DNA of 64,000 bases from Acidimicrobiales bacterium (lineage in GTDB: Bacteria > Actinomycetota > Acidimicrobiia > Acidimicrobiales > CAIXPF01): the NCBI GenBank assembly GCA_038255145.1, contig JBBSLP010000006.1, positions 57,028-121,027 of the forward strand. The letters run 5' to 3'. Made by a program: the position numbers and the translations under genes. The first letter of the stretch is position 1, and the number at the start of each line of letters is the position of its first letter. Positions 47,860 through 56,120 of this stretch are shown here, in pieces. The notes under the pieces were generated by a model. It had not been told where the DNA came from and ran no database searches. It worked only from the letters and a program-made list of their open reading frames with translations.

Positions 47860-47890
47860 GGAAACTGAACTTACCCTCAGGTAGGTTTCC
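47860..47890. promoter_or_regulatory. Imperfect inverted repeat GGAAAC-tgaac-TTACC-ctca-GGTAG-GTTTCC in the divergent ccr/thiolase intergenic region
   Basis: 6-bp outer arms are perfect. Inner arms match 4/5 (5 bp as RNA with one G-U). Located 34 nt upstream of the ccr ATG and 60 nt upstream of the thiolase ATG. Confidence 0.3.
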
Positions 47891-47949
47891 GACACGGCTG
47901 GTGGGCCCCCTCTATCCTGGCCCCAGCACCCGACCTGGAGGTCGCCCAC

Positions 47950-49134
47950 ATGGCTGGTTCCGTCATCGTCGCTGGGGCCCGCACGCCCGTCGGCAAGTTC
48001 AACGGCGCGTTCGCCGGCCTGTCCGCGGCCGAGTTGGGGGGTCACGCCATCGCCGCCGCCCTCGAGCGGGCCGGCGTCCGTCCCGACCAGGTCGACTACG
48101 TCTTCATGGGCCAGGTGCTCCTGGCCGGTGCGGGGCAGATCCCCGCCCGCCAGGCCGCGGTGAACGCTGGCATCCCCATGGACGTACCCGCCACCACCGT
48201 CAACAAGGTGTGCCTGTCGGGCCTCAACGCCATCTACCTGGCCGACCAGATGATCGCCTCGGGCGACGCCGACATCGTGGTGGCCGGGGGCATGGAGTCC
48301 ATGACCAACGCCCCCTACCTCATGCCCGGCGCCCGCCAGGGCCTGCGCCTCGGCGACGCCGCCGTCGTCGACTCCCTGATGTTCGACGGCCTGACCTGCG
48401 CCTTCGACCACATGGCCATGGGCGCAGGCACCGAGCGCGACGCCGCGGCCGCCGGCATCTCCCGCCAGTCGATGGACGAGATCTCGGCCCGCTCCCACGA
48501 GCTGGCCGCCGCCGCCCAGAAGGACGGCCGCTTCGACGCCGAGATCATCCCCGTGACCATCCCCCAGCGCCGGGGCGAGCCCATCGTCGTCGACACCGAC
48601 GAGGGTGTGCGCCCGGGCACCACGCTCGACACCCTGGGCAAGCTCAAGGGCGCCTTCGGCGGGGCCGGCCACGTGACGGCGGGCAACGCCAGCCAGCTCT
48701 CCGACGGTGCCTCGGCCGTGGTCATCATGTCCAAGGCCAAGGCCGCCGAGCTGGGCGTGACCCCCCTGGGCGAGATCATCGGCTACGGCCAGGTGTCCGG
48801 TCCGGGCACCAACCTGCTCACCCAGCCCTCCAACGCCATCCTCAAGGCCCTGGGCCGGCTCGGCCTGACCCCGGCCGATCTCGACCTGCTGGAGATCAAC
48901 GAGGCCTTCGCCGCCGTGGCCCACGCCGCCGTCGAGGAGCTGGGCGTGGACATCGACAAGGTCAACGTGGACGGCGGGGCCATCGCCCTGGGCCATCCCA
49001 TCGGCGCCTCGGGCAACCGGCTGGCCCTGCACCTGCTGCACGAGCTTGCCCGCCGTGGTGGCGGCATCGGGGCTGCCGCCCTGTGCGGTGGTGGCGGCCA
49101 GGGCGACGCCCTGATCGTCCGCGTCGACGGCTGA
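47950..49134 (+). CDS. Acetyl-CoA C-acetyltransferase (thiolase II)
   Basis: VNKVCLSGLNAI (active Cys), GGMESMTNAPY, NEAFAAV, GGAIALGHPIGASG and CGGGGQG. Confidence 0.95.
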   Translation: MAGSVIVAGARTPVGKFNGAFAGLSAAELGGHAIAAALERAGVRPDQVDYVFMGQVLLAGAGQIPARQAAVNAGIPMDVPATTVNKVCLSGLNAIYLADQMIASGDADIVVAGGMESMTNAPYLMPGARQGLRLGDAAVVDSLMFDGLTCAFDHMAMGAGTERDAAAAGISRQSMDEISARSHELAAAAQKDGRFDAEIIPVTIPQRRGEPIVVDTDEGVRPGTTLDTLGKLKGAFGGAGHVTAGNASQLSDGASAVVIMSKAKAAELGVTPLGEIIGYGQVSGPGTNLLTQPSNAILKALGRLGLTPADLDLLEINEAFAAVAHAAVEELGVDIDKVNVDGGAIALGHPIGASGNRLALHLLHELARRGGGIGAAALCGGGGQGDALIVRVDG

Positions 49135-49200
49135 CACGCCCGGCGACGACCTTGTCGGGGCGAGAACGCCCTGCACATGGGTAATTCTCTGCGCTGAGGG

Positions 49201-49229
49201 TTGTCACGTCTCCGCAACAGTCGTAATGT
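49201..49229 (+). promoter_or_regulatory. Sigma-70-like promoter TTGTCA-17 nt-TAATGT
   Basis: -35 at 49201-49206 and -10 at 49224-49229, with an exact 17-nt spacer. It lies in a relatively AT-rich 266-nt gap with no ORF downstream before the terminator. Confidence 0.4.
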
Positions 49230-49235
49230 GATGAC

Positions 49236-49353
49236 AACAACGACGGGGACTCAGCAGCGCTGAGAGACCCGGATGTAGCACCAGGGGTGCTGGAACGAGT
49301 CGGTTTGTACTGTCCGCCCGCGTCGACTCGGCCAGCACCCCTGTTGCGTTTTC
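49236..49353 (+). ncRNA. Candidate small RNA (unclassified), bounded by the promoter above and an intrinsic terminator
   Basis: 5' hairpin CTCAGC-agc-GCTGAG (49250-49264). Long interrupted terminator stem CAGGGGTGCTGG/CCAGCACCCCTG (49282-49293 / 49332-49343) with inner CGAGTCG/CGACTCG, followed by TTGCGTTTTCG. The ends are predicted, not mapped. Confidence 0.4.
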
Positions 49354-49400
49354 GTGTCAGACCCTGATGCTCAGCGTGCGGTGATCAACACCCGCTGAAG

Positions 49401-50012
49401 TCAGCTGCGCACTTCGCGCCGGCCCTCGAAGGCCCGGCCCAGGGTCAGCTCGTCGGCGTACTCCAGGTCACCACCCACGGGTAGCCCCGAGGCCAACCTG
49501 GTCACCTTCAGGCCCTCGACGTCGCGCAGCAGCCGCACCAGGTACATGGCCGTGGCCTCACCGGTCAGGTTGGGGTTCGTCGCCAGGACCAGCTCGGATA
49601 CGGGTTCGTCGGCCAGGCGCCGGACCAGATCACGGATCTTGAGCTGCTCGGGACCGGTGCCCTCGAGGTGGTCGATGGCGCCGTGGAGCACGTGGTAGAG
49701 CCCGTGGTACTCACTGGTGCGTTCGACGGCGACCACATCGCGAGGCTCCTCGACCACGCAGATCAGGGTGCGGTCGCGGCGGGGGTCGGTGCAGATGACG
49801 CACTCCTCCCCCTCGGCCACGTTGAAGCAGCGCCGACAGAACGAGATGCGGGCCTTGACCTCGGTGATGGCCTTGGCCAGTCGGTTGGCGTCCTCGGCCG
49901 ACACCCGCAACAGGTAGAAGGCGATGCGCTGGGCCGACTTGGGTCCGATGCCGGGCAGGCGGCCGAACTCGTCGATGAGGTCCTGGACGGGGCCTTCGTA
50001 GACCGTGGCCAC
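49401..50012 (-). CDS. recR: Recombination protein RecR
   Basis: [24 protein letters not shown], zinc finger CRRCFNV...CVIC, and Toprim VVEEPRDV...GHYHVL-like. Confidence 0.95.
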   Translation of the reverse strand: MATVYEGPVQDLIDEFGRLPGIGPKSAQRIAFYLLRVSAEDANRLAKAITEVKARISFCRRCFNVAEGEECVICTDPRRDRTLICVVEEPRDVVAVERTSEYHGLYHVLHGAIDHLEGTGPEQLKIRDLVRRLADEPVSELVLATNPNLTGEATAMYLVRLLRDVEGLKVTRLASGLPVGGDLEYADELTLGRAFEGRREVRS

Positions 50013-50033
50013 GTCAGCGGGAACCGGCGGGGG

Positions 50034-50351
50034 TCAGGGCTGGCCCCCCAGCAGGCCACCCAGGCTGCCCAGGTCGAGGCCACCCATGGCCCCGGACTGC
50101 AGCTGCTGCACCTTGCCCATGGCGTCGCGGATGGCCACGAGGACCAGGTCCTCGAGCATGGCGATGTCGGCGGGGTCCACGACGTCGGGGCGGATGCGCA
50201 CCTCGAGGAAGTCGCCACCGCCGGTCACCTGGACCTCGACGGCGCCGCCACCAGCCGAGCCGATGACCTCCTGCTGGGCGGCCTGGGCCTGGGCTGCCAC
50301 CATCTCCTGGGCCCCGGCCAGCAGGGCGCCGAGGTCGAAGCCGCCGGTCAT
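50034..50351 (-). CDS. ybaB: YbaB/EbfC-family nucleoid-associated protein
   Basis: MTGGFDLGALLAGAQEMVAAQAQAAQQEV...GGGAVEVQVTGGGDFLEVRIRPDVVDP...LEDLVLVAIRDA. An in-frame GTG at 50441 (5 nt after the dnaX stop) is an alternative start. Confidence 0.88.
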   Translation of the reverse strand: MTGGFDLGALLAGAQEMVAAQAQAAQQEVIGSAGGGAVEVQVTGGGDFLEVRIRPDVVDPADIAMLEDLVLVAIRDAMGKVQQLQSGAMGGLDLGSLGGLLGGQP

Positions 50352-50445
50352 CTCGGAGACGTCGGCCAGCTCGGGCTGCTCGACCTCGTCGGAGCGGTCG
50401 GGCTGGGCGGGGACGGGAGGCTCTGCGGAAGCGGGAGGCACAGCC

Positions 50446-52371
50446 CTATTCCACCACCTCGGCGCCGGGGAAGGCCTGCAACAGGCGATCGAGCACCGTG
50501 GAACCGACATCGGTGGCCGAGGGCAGGGCGTGCACGTCGCCGATGTCCTCCTCCTCGTCCTCGGGGGCGTCGGTGAGCCCGGGCGCGCCAGGCTGGCCCG
50601 CACCCCTACGGGAGAAAGGGTCGGCACCACCACCTCCCCCCTCGGCCGAGGCGTCCACCTCGAGCCGCAACGGCATCCGGCGACCGAAGTGGGCGGCCAG
50701 GGCCTGCTCCACCTCGCCCGCCTTCTCCTGGCATCGTCCCAGGTGGAAGGGGTTGGGCAGGCCGAACACGGCCGTGGGACCGTCGCTGTCGAGGAAGCGG
50801 CCGCCCTTGTAGCGGGCCCGGGTGGCGTTGGTCAGCGTGGCCAGGAGCGGCTCCCACACCGCGTCGATCTCGGCCTTGGTCGGTGCATCACCGCCACCGG
50901 CCGCGGCGGTGGCGGGCACGGCCATCGCGGGGTGGGCCGCCGGAGGGACCGCCGATGCGGTGGGCGTGGGCGTGGGCACCGCCGCCGGCGGGGTGGGGGC
51001 AGGCGGAGGCTTGGAGGCTGCGGCCGTGCCCGCCTGCCGGGCCTGGAGGCGGCGGCGGGCCTCGGCCGCGGGCGGGCCGGCAGGCGCGCCGTTGCTGGGC
51101 CCCGCGGCGGGGGCGGGGCTGGGCACGGGCGGCGGCATCGTGGCCATGGGCGGAGCGTCGGCGGCGGGCACCACCGGGGACGCCGCCGACTGGGGGGCGG
51201 CTGGTGCCGGCGCCGGTGCCGCCGACGCGGGTGCCGCCGACGCGGGTGCTGCCGACTTGGCGGGGACACCGGCGGCCAGGGCGGCTTCGAGGGCGGCCAC
51301 CCGTTCGACCAGGGCGGCCAGGGAGCTGTCGGTGTCGGGCCGGGTGACCCGGACCAGGGCCACCTCGAGGGGGACGCGGGCGTCGGGGGCCTGGCGCATG
51401 TCGGTCAGGGCCGTGCCGATGGCTTCCAGTGCCCGACTGAGCACGGGTAGGCCCAGGGCCCGGCCCACTGCGGCCAGGCGCACCCGGTCGTCTTCGGGCA
51501 ACTGGCCCACAGGACCGCCGGCGGCCAGCAGGAAGGCGTCGCGCAGGCGGCCCAGGAGCTCCTCGCCCACCAGGCGGGGCTCGCGGCCGGCGTCGAGGGC
51601 TGCGGCCAGGGCCGAGATGGCGGCACCGGTGTCCCGGGCCACCAGGGCGTCGAGCAGCCCGTCGAGCGATCCCCCACCGGTGGGGCGACCGCCCAGGGCC
51701 AGCACCTGATCGAGGGCGGACAGGGTGTCGCGGGCCGAACCCGAGCCCCGCCGCACCACGTAGCCGATGGTCTCGTCGTCGAGCTCGACCTCCTCCCGGC
51801 CCAGGATGTCGCGCACGTGGGCCTCGAGCACGGCCGCGTTGAGCAGGCCGAACTCGTAGTGCTGGGCCCGGCTGCGGATGGTGGGCAGCACCTTCTGGGG
51901 GTCGGTGGTGGCCAGCACGAAGGTGACGTGGGGCGGGGGCTCCTCCAGCGTCTTGAGCAGGGCGTTCGACGCGGCCGGGGTGAGCATGTGGACTTCGTCG
52001 AGGATGTAGACCTTGTTGCGTCCGGGCGAGCCGAGCGACGCCTTGGCGATGAGGTCGCGCATGGCGTCCACGCCGTTGTTGGAGGCGGCGTCGAGCTCGA
52101 AGAGGTCGAGCGAACTGCCGGCCTCGACCGCCACGCAGGCCTCGCACACCCCGCAGGGTTCGCCGTCGTGCAGGTCGGTGCAGTTGAGGGCCTTGGCCAG
52201 GATGCGGGCACTCGACGTCTTGCCCGTGCCCCGGGGTCCGGAGAACAGGTAGGCGTGGCCGGTGCGCTGCTCACGCACGGCGTTGCCCAGGGCCGTGGTC
52301 ACGTTGTCCTGGCCGACCACCTCGGCGAAGCGCTGCGGGCGGTAGCGCCGGTAGAGGGACTGGTAGGCCAT
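50446..52371 (-). CDS. dnaX: DNA polymerase III subunits gamma/tau
   Basis: YRRYRPQRFAEVVGQ, GPRGTGKTS, zinc module CGVCEACV, ILDEVHML, and a long Ala/Pro-rich linker. Confidence 0.95.
   Translation of the reverse strand: MAYQSLYRRYRPQRFAEVVGQDNVTTALGNAVREQRTGHAYLFSGPRGTGKTSSARILAKALNCTDLHDGEPCGVCEACVAVEAGSSLDLFELDAASNNGVDAMRDLIAKASLGSPGRNKVYILDEVHMLTPAASNALLKTLEEPPPHVTFVLATTDPQKVLPTIRSRAQHYEFGLLNAAVLEAHVRDILGREEVELDDETIGYVVRRGSGSARDTLSALDQVLALGGRPTGGGSLDGLLDALVARDTGAAISALAAALDAGREPRLVGEELLGRLRDAFLLAAGGPVGQLPEDDRVRLAAVGRALGLPVLSRALEAIGTALTDMRQAPDARVPLEVALVRVTRPDTDSSLAALVERVAALEAALAAGVPAKSAAPASAAPASAAPAPAPAAPQSAASPVVPAADAPPMATMPPPVPSPAPAAGPSNGAPAGPPAAEARRRLQARQAGTAAASKPPPAPTPPAAVPTPTPTASAVPPAAHPAMAVPATAAAGGGDAPTKAEIDAVWEPLLATLTNATRARYKGGRFLDSDGPTAVFGLPNPFHLGRCQEKAGEVEQALAAHFGRRMPLRLEVDASAEGGGGGADPFSRRGAGQPGAPGLTDAPEDEEEDIGDVHALPSATDVGSTVLDRLLQAFPGAEVVE
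51215..51256 (-). repeat. 15-nt in-frame tandem repeat in the dnaX tau linker
   Basis: ggtgccgccgacgcg x2 plus ggtgctgccgac. On the coding strand it encodes ASAAP-ASAAP. Confidence 0.6.
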
Positions 52372-52476
52372 CGGCGGAGATCGTACCGCCGGGGGCCGAC
52401 CGTCTCCGGAGCGAACGGACCCCGGGGTCGGCGCCGCTCCGCCGGAGCCGGGCGCGGGTCGGGCCGAGTCCCTTGA

Positions 52477-52584
52477 GGTGATGGCCAGGCGACCTGAGGC
52501 ACATCGCAGGCTCCGCTGAGAGCTGCTGCCTCCCGGCCCTGACTCGGTTCACGGACTGCGATCGCGCAGGACCCGACCACCACC
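52477..52584 (-). ncRNA. ffs: Signal recognition particle RNA, small (4.5S-type)
   Basis: The minus strand reads GGTGGTGGTCGGG...CCGTGAACCGAGTCAGGGCC-GGGA-GGCAGCAGCTC...CCTGGCCATCACC. The conserved domain IV motif (GUCAGGnCCGGnAGGnAGCAGC with a GNRA tetraloop) is present. ATCGCAG/CTGCGAT, TCCG/CGGA and the terminal GGTGGTGG/CCATCACC pair into one long hairpin. Location upstream of dnaX is the usual one. Confidence 0.85.
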
Positions 52585-52706
52585 TCGAGCGACTCGGCCC
52601 GACCGCCGGCATGGGCGCCGGCCAGGCCGACCACGATAGCCTGTCGCTCGCACCTGCTGGCACCCCCTCCCGCGACCTCGTCGCGGAACGGCGCCGGACG
52701 GAGCAC

Positions 52707-52791
52707 GGAGGGATGCGAGAGCGGCCTAATCGGCACGCCTGGAAAGCGTGTGTGGGGAAACTCACCGTGGGTTCGAATCCCACTCTCTCCG
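52707..52791 (+). tRNA. tRNA-Ser (anticodon GGA), class II with long variable arm
   Basis: Acceptor GGAGGGA/TCTCTCC (one G-U), anticodon stem CACGC/GCGTG with loop CTGGAAA, variable arm TGTGGGGAAACTCACCG, T arm GTGGG-TTCGAAT-CCCAC, discriminator G. Confidence 0.95.
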
Positions 52792-52810
52792 CCGAAGGCC
52801 CAGGTTCGAA

Positions 52811-52848
52811 CCCCGATCGCCTCGAACGGCGCTCGGGGTTCTTCGTTG
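52811..52848 (+). terminator. Intrinsic terminator after tRNA-Ser(GGA)
   Basis: CCCCGATCGCC tcgaac GGCGCTCGGGG (10 of 11 bp), followed by TTCTTCGTTGT. Confidence 0.65.
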
Positions 52849-53043
52849 TGAGGGCCGTGAGGGTGCGGTCGACACGCCACACCCATGCCGATCAGGTCAC
52901 CAGAACAGGCGGCGGGAGGCAGGTGCCAGCCCGTCCCCAGATCGGTGTCGTCGGCGTGGCGGGCATCCGACGTGGCCGGCGCCCAGGAGCGCTCCAGCCG
53001 TGTCAACGCTGGCCCGGGCCCACCCGCGGTCATGACACCCACC

Positions 53044-53466
53044 TCATGGACCGTTGGGGTCGTCCGATGCCCTGACGCGTTGGTCGGCGGCGGCGCGGCG
53101 GCCCTCGAGGGCCCGATCGGAGTGCGCCCGGCGGCCCACGGCGTAGCTGATGCTGACCGTGGCCATGACGAGCACGATCACCCCGAACAGCGGCGCGGGC
53201 CACTGGTGCTGCTCGACCAGCCCCCACGTCTCGCGGGCGGCGAGCAGCAGGCCACCGCCGGCCACCATCAACCACCCGGCGGCGGTGTTCACGTAGCGGG
53301 TGAAGCGCTCGAGGTCCTCGTCGGGCATGGCGTCGATGACGGCCTGGCGGTGACGGGCCATGCGCCGCCGCTGCAGCCACAGGCGCACGGGCGGCAACAT
53401 CCACCACCAGCGCGAGACGAGCGACCAGGCACCGAGGAAACCGCACCACGCCAGGACCTCGTCCAC
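53044..53466 (-). CDS. Hypothetical membrane protein (140 aa if GTG 53466 is used)
   Basis: High GC3 from VDEVLAWCGFLGAWSLVSRWWWMLPP onward. Two to three TM segments (AAGWLMVAGGGLLLAA; LFGVIVLVMATVSISYAV). The track ORF extends to 53580, but that part has low GC3. Confidence 0.55.
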   Translation of the reverse strand: MDEVLAWCGFLGAWSLVSRWWWMLPPVRLWLQRRRMARHRQAVIDAMPDEDLERFTRYVNTAAGWLMVAGGGLLLAARETWGLVEQHQWPAPLFGVIVLVMATVSISYAVGRRAHSDRALEGRRAAADQRVRASDDPNGP

Positions 53467-54074
53467 GACGCCCGACGGTGTCGGAGCCCGGCCTCGACCC
53501 GACCGGTCCGGCCGTTGCCGCCCGGGGGACCGGGACGGATCGATGATCGGCCAGACGAGTCTCGTCCCGGATCGTCCCACCGGTGAGACGATCCAGGACG
53601 AGAGCTCGGCGAACCGGACGCATGGGCGTACCGCCGGCGTAGGTAGGTGCGCTCAGTCGGCAGCCACGGGACGCACCACCGGATGCAACCGCGCTGGAGG
53701 CCGGTGTCCCAGGGCGCCGTCCATCCAGTGGGCCAGACCGGCGCCCAGGTGGCTGGGCCCTCCCCAGGCGTCCTGGTGAAGTTGGGATCGAGGCCAGCCA
53801 GGACCTGGATGCCAGCCCGCAACGGCGCGTAGCAGGTGAGCACGGCGGCCGCGGTGCCCATGACGGCGGGCAGCAGGCCACCAACCACCAGGCGCAGGAG
53901 GCGTCCGGCGGACGGACGGGCCCCGGGAGGAGCGACGGCTGGAGCACCGAGCACGACGTGGGTCCGCCGCAGCTCTATGCGGACCAGCAGCCGCCGGCGC
54001 CCGGCGATGCGCAGGACCAGGAGGGCGAGGAAGGCGGCGACAGTGCCGACGCCAGGCCGCGGCAGTGCCGACAA
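53289..54074 (-). pseudogene. Coding-potential region with unresolved reading frame (possible frameshifted membrane-protein gene)
   Basis: Three overlapping minus-strand ORFs: 53030-53947, 53289-54074 and 53653-54159. GC3 is best in the 53653-54159 frame for the first ~25 codons (VANTVHLVIAVVVVVGTAAAW). It then shifts to the 53289-54074 frame (GTVAAFLALLVLRIAG...), exactly at an imperfect 22-nt tandem repeat (54029-54050 / 54051-54072, 18/22 identical). Confidence 0.3.
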
Positions 54075-54127
54075 CGACGACGACGGCGATGACCAGGTGC
54101 ACGGTGTTGGCCACCCAACCTACGCGG

Positions 54128-55360
54128 TCACGCGGCGAGCAGCTCGGCCCACACCTCATCGGAGAACGCTTCGGCTGCGACCCGCCACGGACCGACCAGC
54201 AGTGGAATCAACGCCTGGTAGCGCATGGGGTCTCGTAGGCGCAGCCTGGCAAGGCGGCGGCGTCGAGCCCGGGCCGTATCGCCGAATCCGAAGCCGAGAG
54301 CGACCGATGCGTTGGCGAAACGCAGACGACGCATGCGCTCGGCGCGCTCGACGGCGTACGAGTCGAACGTGGACGTCGACCAATCCGGATGGCCCAACAG
54401 CGCCTCGGCCACGAGGTGGACGTCACGAAACGACACCGACAGCCCTTGACCCACTGTCGGGTCGCTCCACCCGGCCGCATCGCCCACCAGCACCATGCCG
54501 TCAACGGCGATCACGTCCGTCCACGTGTCGTTGAGCGGAGCCGTGACGCACGGCCCTATCGGCGTGGCAGCGGCGAGCTCAGCCGAGCCGGGCACGCAGT
54601 CGAGGTCGAAGGCATCCAGGAAACGCCGCTGACGATCGGGCCCGGCGAAGCGGTGGACGTCACCCACGTCCCAGATGCCATAGAGGCGGACGCGGCCGTT
54701 GCCTTGGGGGAACACCAAGTAGTGGAGGTCATCTTCGACCCCGATGGTCGAGGTATCCGAGGGCCACTCCTGCACACCCTCGATCAGCATGCCGGCGATG
54801 TTGACCCGCATCGGTGCGCTCGACAGGGGTACGCCAGACGTCCTGCGCACGGTGGATCCCCGGCCATCGGCACCGACGACGAGTCGAGCGCCTACGGTCC
54901 TTACGGAGCCATCGAGTCGATAGGCGATCGACGGGTCGTCGCCCAGAGCCACGGCCACGTCGGTGACGCCACGATGGACGGTGGCGCCCGCGTCGATGGC
55001 CGCCGCCAGCAGCGCCTCCTGCAAGCCGACGTGGGGAACGGACAGGCAGCCGGGGACGCCTGGCAGGAAGTCGCCAAACCGAACCGGGTTGGCCGCAGCG
55101 ACCTCCGGAGGCAACGTCTCGTCGAAGGGCAGATGACGCGTAAGCCAGTTGGCGTGCTCGACGCCTTCGGCCACATCCCGCAGGCCCAGCTCACCCAACT
55201 CGCCCACACCCCACGGTGGCATCCACTCGCCCCGGACGCGATCGCGGTAGACCGCCTCACGCTCGACGACCACGACGCCCAGGCCACCACGACTCAGGAC
55301 AGCGGCCAGGGCACAGCCGGCTATCCCACCGCCAACGATCGCCACATCGGCCTGCGTCAT
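54128..55360 (-). CDS. FAD-dependent aromatic-ring monooxygenase (UbiH/PHBH family)
   Basis: ATG 55360. DVAIVGGGIAGCALAAVL (GxGxxG), LVVGADGRGSTVR (DG motif) and LVGDAAGWSDPTVGQGLS (GD motif). Confidence 0.88.
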   Translation of the reverse strand: MTQADVAIVGGGIAGCALAAVLSRGGLGVVVVEREAVYRDRVRGEWMPPWGVGELGELGLRDVAEGVEHANWLTRHLPFDETLPPEVAAANPVRFGDFLPGVPGCLSVPHVGLQEALLAAAIDAGATVHRGVTDVAVALGDDPSIAYRLDGSVRTVGARLVVGADGRGSTVRRTSGVPLSSAPMRVNIAGMLIEGVQEWPSDTSTIGVEDDLHYLVFPQGNGRVRLYGIWDVGDVHRFAGPDRQRRFLDAFDLDCVPGSAELAAATPIGPCVTAPLNDTWTDVIAVDGMVLVGDAAGWSDPTVGQGLSVSFRDVHLVAEALLGHPDWSTSTFDSYAVERAERMRRLRFANASVALGFGFGDTARARRRRLARLRLRDPMRYQALIPLLVGPWRVAAEAFSDEVWAELLAA

Positions 55361-55464
55361 CTCTACATTCCCCCACACCTATGCGTTAGGACCATAGTTG
55401 GGGTGGCGGCAAGGTCTCTGGATAAACGATCGAACGACGGACGGCGAGCGCCCCCAACCCGGCG

Positions 55465-55971
55465 TCAGGCGCCGTCGGCGGGCCGGCGGGCGAACAGGTG
55501 GGTGGGTTCGAGGCGCCAGCACGGGGTGTCGAGCGAGGCCCAGTCGTCGAAGGTGGGGTAGATGTCGCGCCAGTGGGCGAGCACGTCGGCCGAGGCCCGC
55601 TCCCGCAGGTCGACGGCGACGGCGTGGCCGTGGGTGATGACGCAGAGGCCTTCCCCCCGGGTGTGGGCGGCGCTGACCCCGGGCCGCCTGGCCAGGTGAC
55701 GGGCCCGGGCCGATTCCGGGGACGAGCCGAAGATCCAGCGCCCCTTGAAGAAGAGGCCGTCGACGGGGGCCACCCGGGGCAGTCCCGAGGCCGTGACCGT
55801 GGCCAGGTCGATGACCTGCACGCGGGGCAGCAGTTCGACCAGTTCGGCCGCGGGCACCGCCGTCTCGGGCCGGAAGATGGCCTGGAGGTGGGGCCCAGCG
55901 GCAGCGACGGAGCGATCCAGGAGTTCCTGCAGCTCGGCGATGGTGGCGTCGGTCTCGTACACCGCGGCCAC
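55465..55971 (-). CDS. Pyridoxamine 5'-phosphate oxidase-family (PPOX/F420-binding split-barrel) protein
   Basis: LATVTASGLPRVAPVDGLFFKGRWIFGSSP...AAHTRGE. Start placed at in-frame GTG 55971 (GGGAGG lies 10 nt upstream). The longest ORF starts at ATG 56067. Confidence 0.75.
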   Translation of the reverse strand: MAAVYETDATIAELQELLDRSVAAAGPHLQAIFRPETAVPAAELVELLPRVQVIDLATVTASGLPRVAPVDGLFFKGRWIFGSSPESARARHLARRPGVSAAHTRGEGLCVITHGHAVAVDLRERASADVLAHWRDIYPTFDDWASLDTPCWRLEPTHLFARRPADGA

Positions 55972-55984
55972 GGTACGGATGCCT

Positions 55985-56005
55985 CCCTGACACCCGATGT
56001 CAGGG
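55985..56005. promoter_or_regulatory. Perfect 8-5-8 palindrome CCCTGACAcccgaTGTCAGGG in the PPOX/ParA divergent region
   Basis: Read directly from the sequence. It is followed by a direct repeat GGTCGACG (56017-56024, 56028-56035). Confidence 0.35.
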
Positions 56006-56120
56006 TGACCCCAGACGGTCGACGAGCGGTCGACGGCCAGGGGCGGTGGCGGTACGCTCGGGCCCATCCGGAGGCTCGCCCCGGCTGAGGCTGCCTGCGG
56101 TGGGCGGGGAAGGAGGCGTG

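Noticed and set aside
49236-49353. Identity of the candidate sRNA with the actinobacterial 6C RNA
   Set aside because: 6C has two hairpins with loops of six or more cytosines. The loops here are AGC and a mixed 20-nt loop (only CCGCCCGC).
50446-52371. Programmed frameshift or slippery site in dnaX for gamma-subunit production
   Set aside because: I noticed no A-rich heptamer (A AAA AAG type) or poly-A slippage tract in the gene. Only GC-rich Ala/Pro repeats are present.
52800-52825. GGTTCGAACCCC right after tRNA-Ser(GGA), as a second att-like tRNA fragment
   Set aside because: Only about 10 nt resemble a T-loop. The segment is part of the terminator hairpin, and no matching distal copy is seen.
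53030-53947. Third overlapping minus-strand ORF (305 aa) as a real gene
   Set aside because: The translation is Arg/Pro/Gly-rich with poor GC3 over most of its length. It spans both neighbouring candidate genes.
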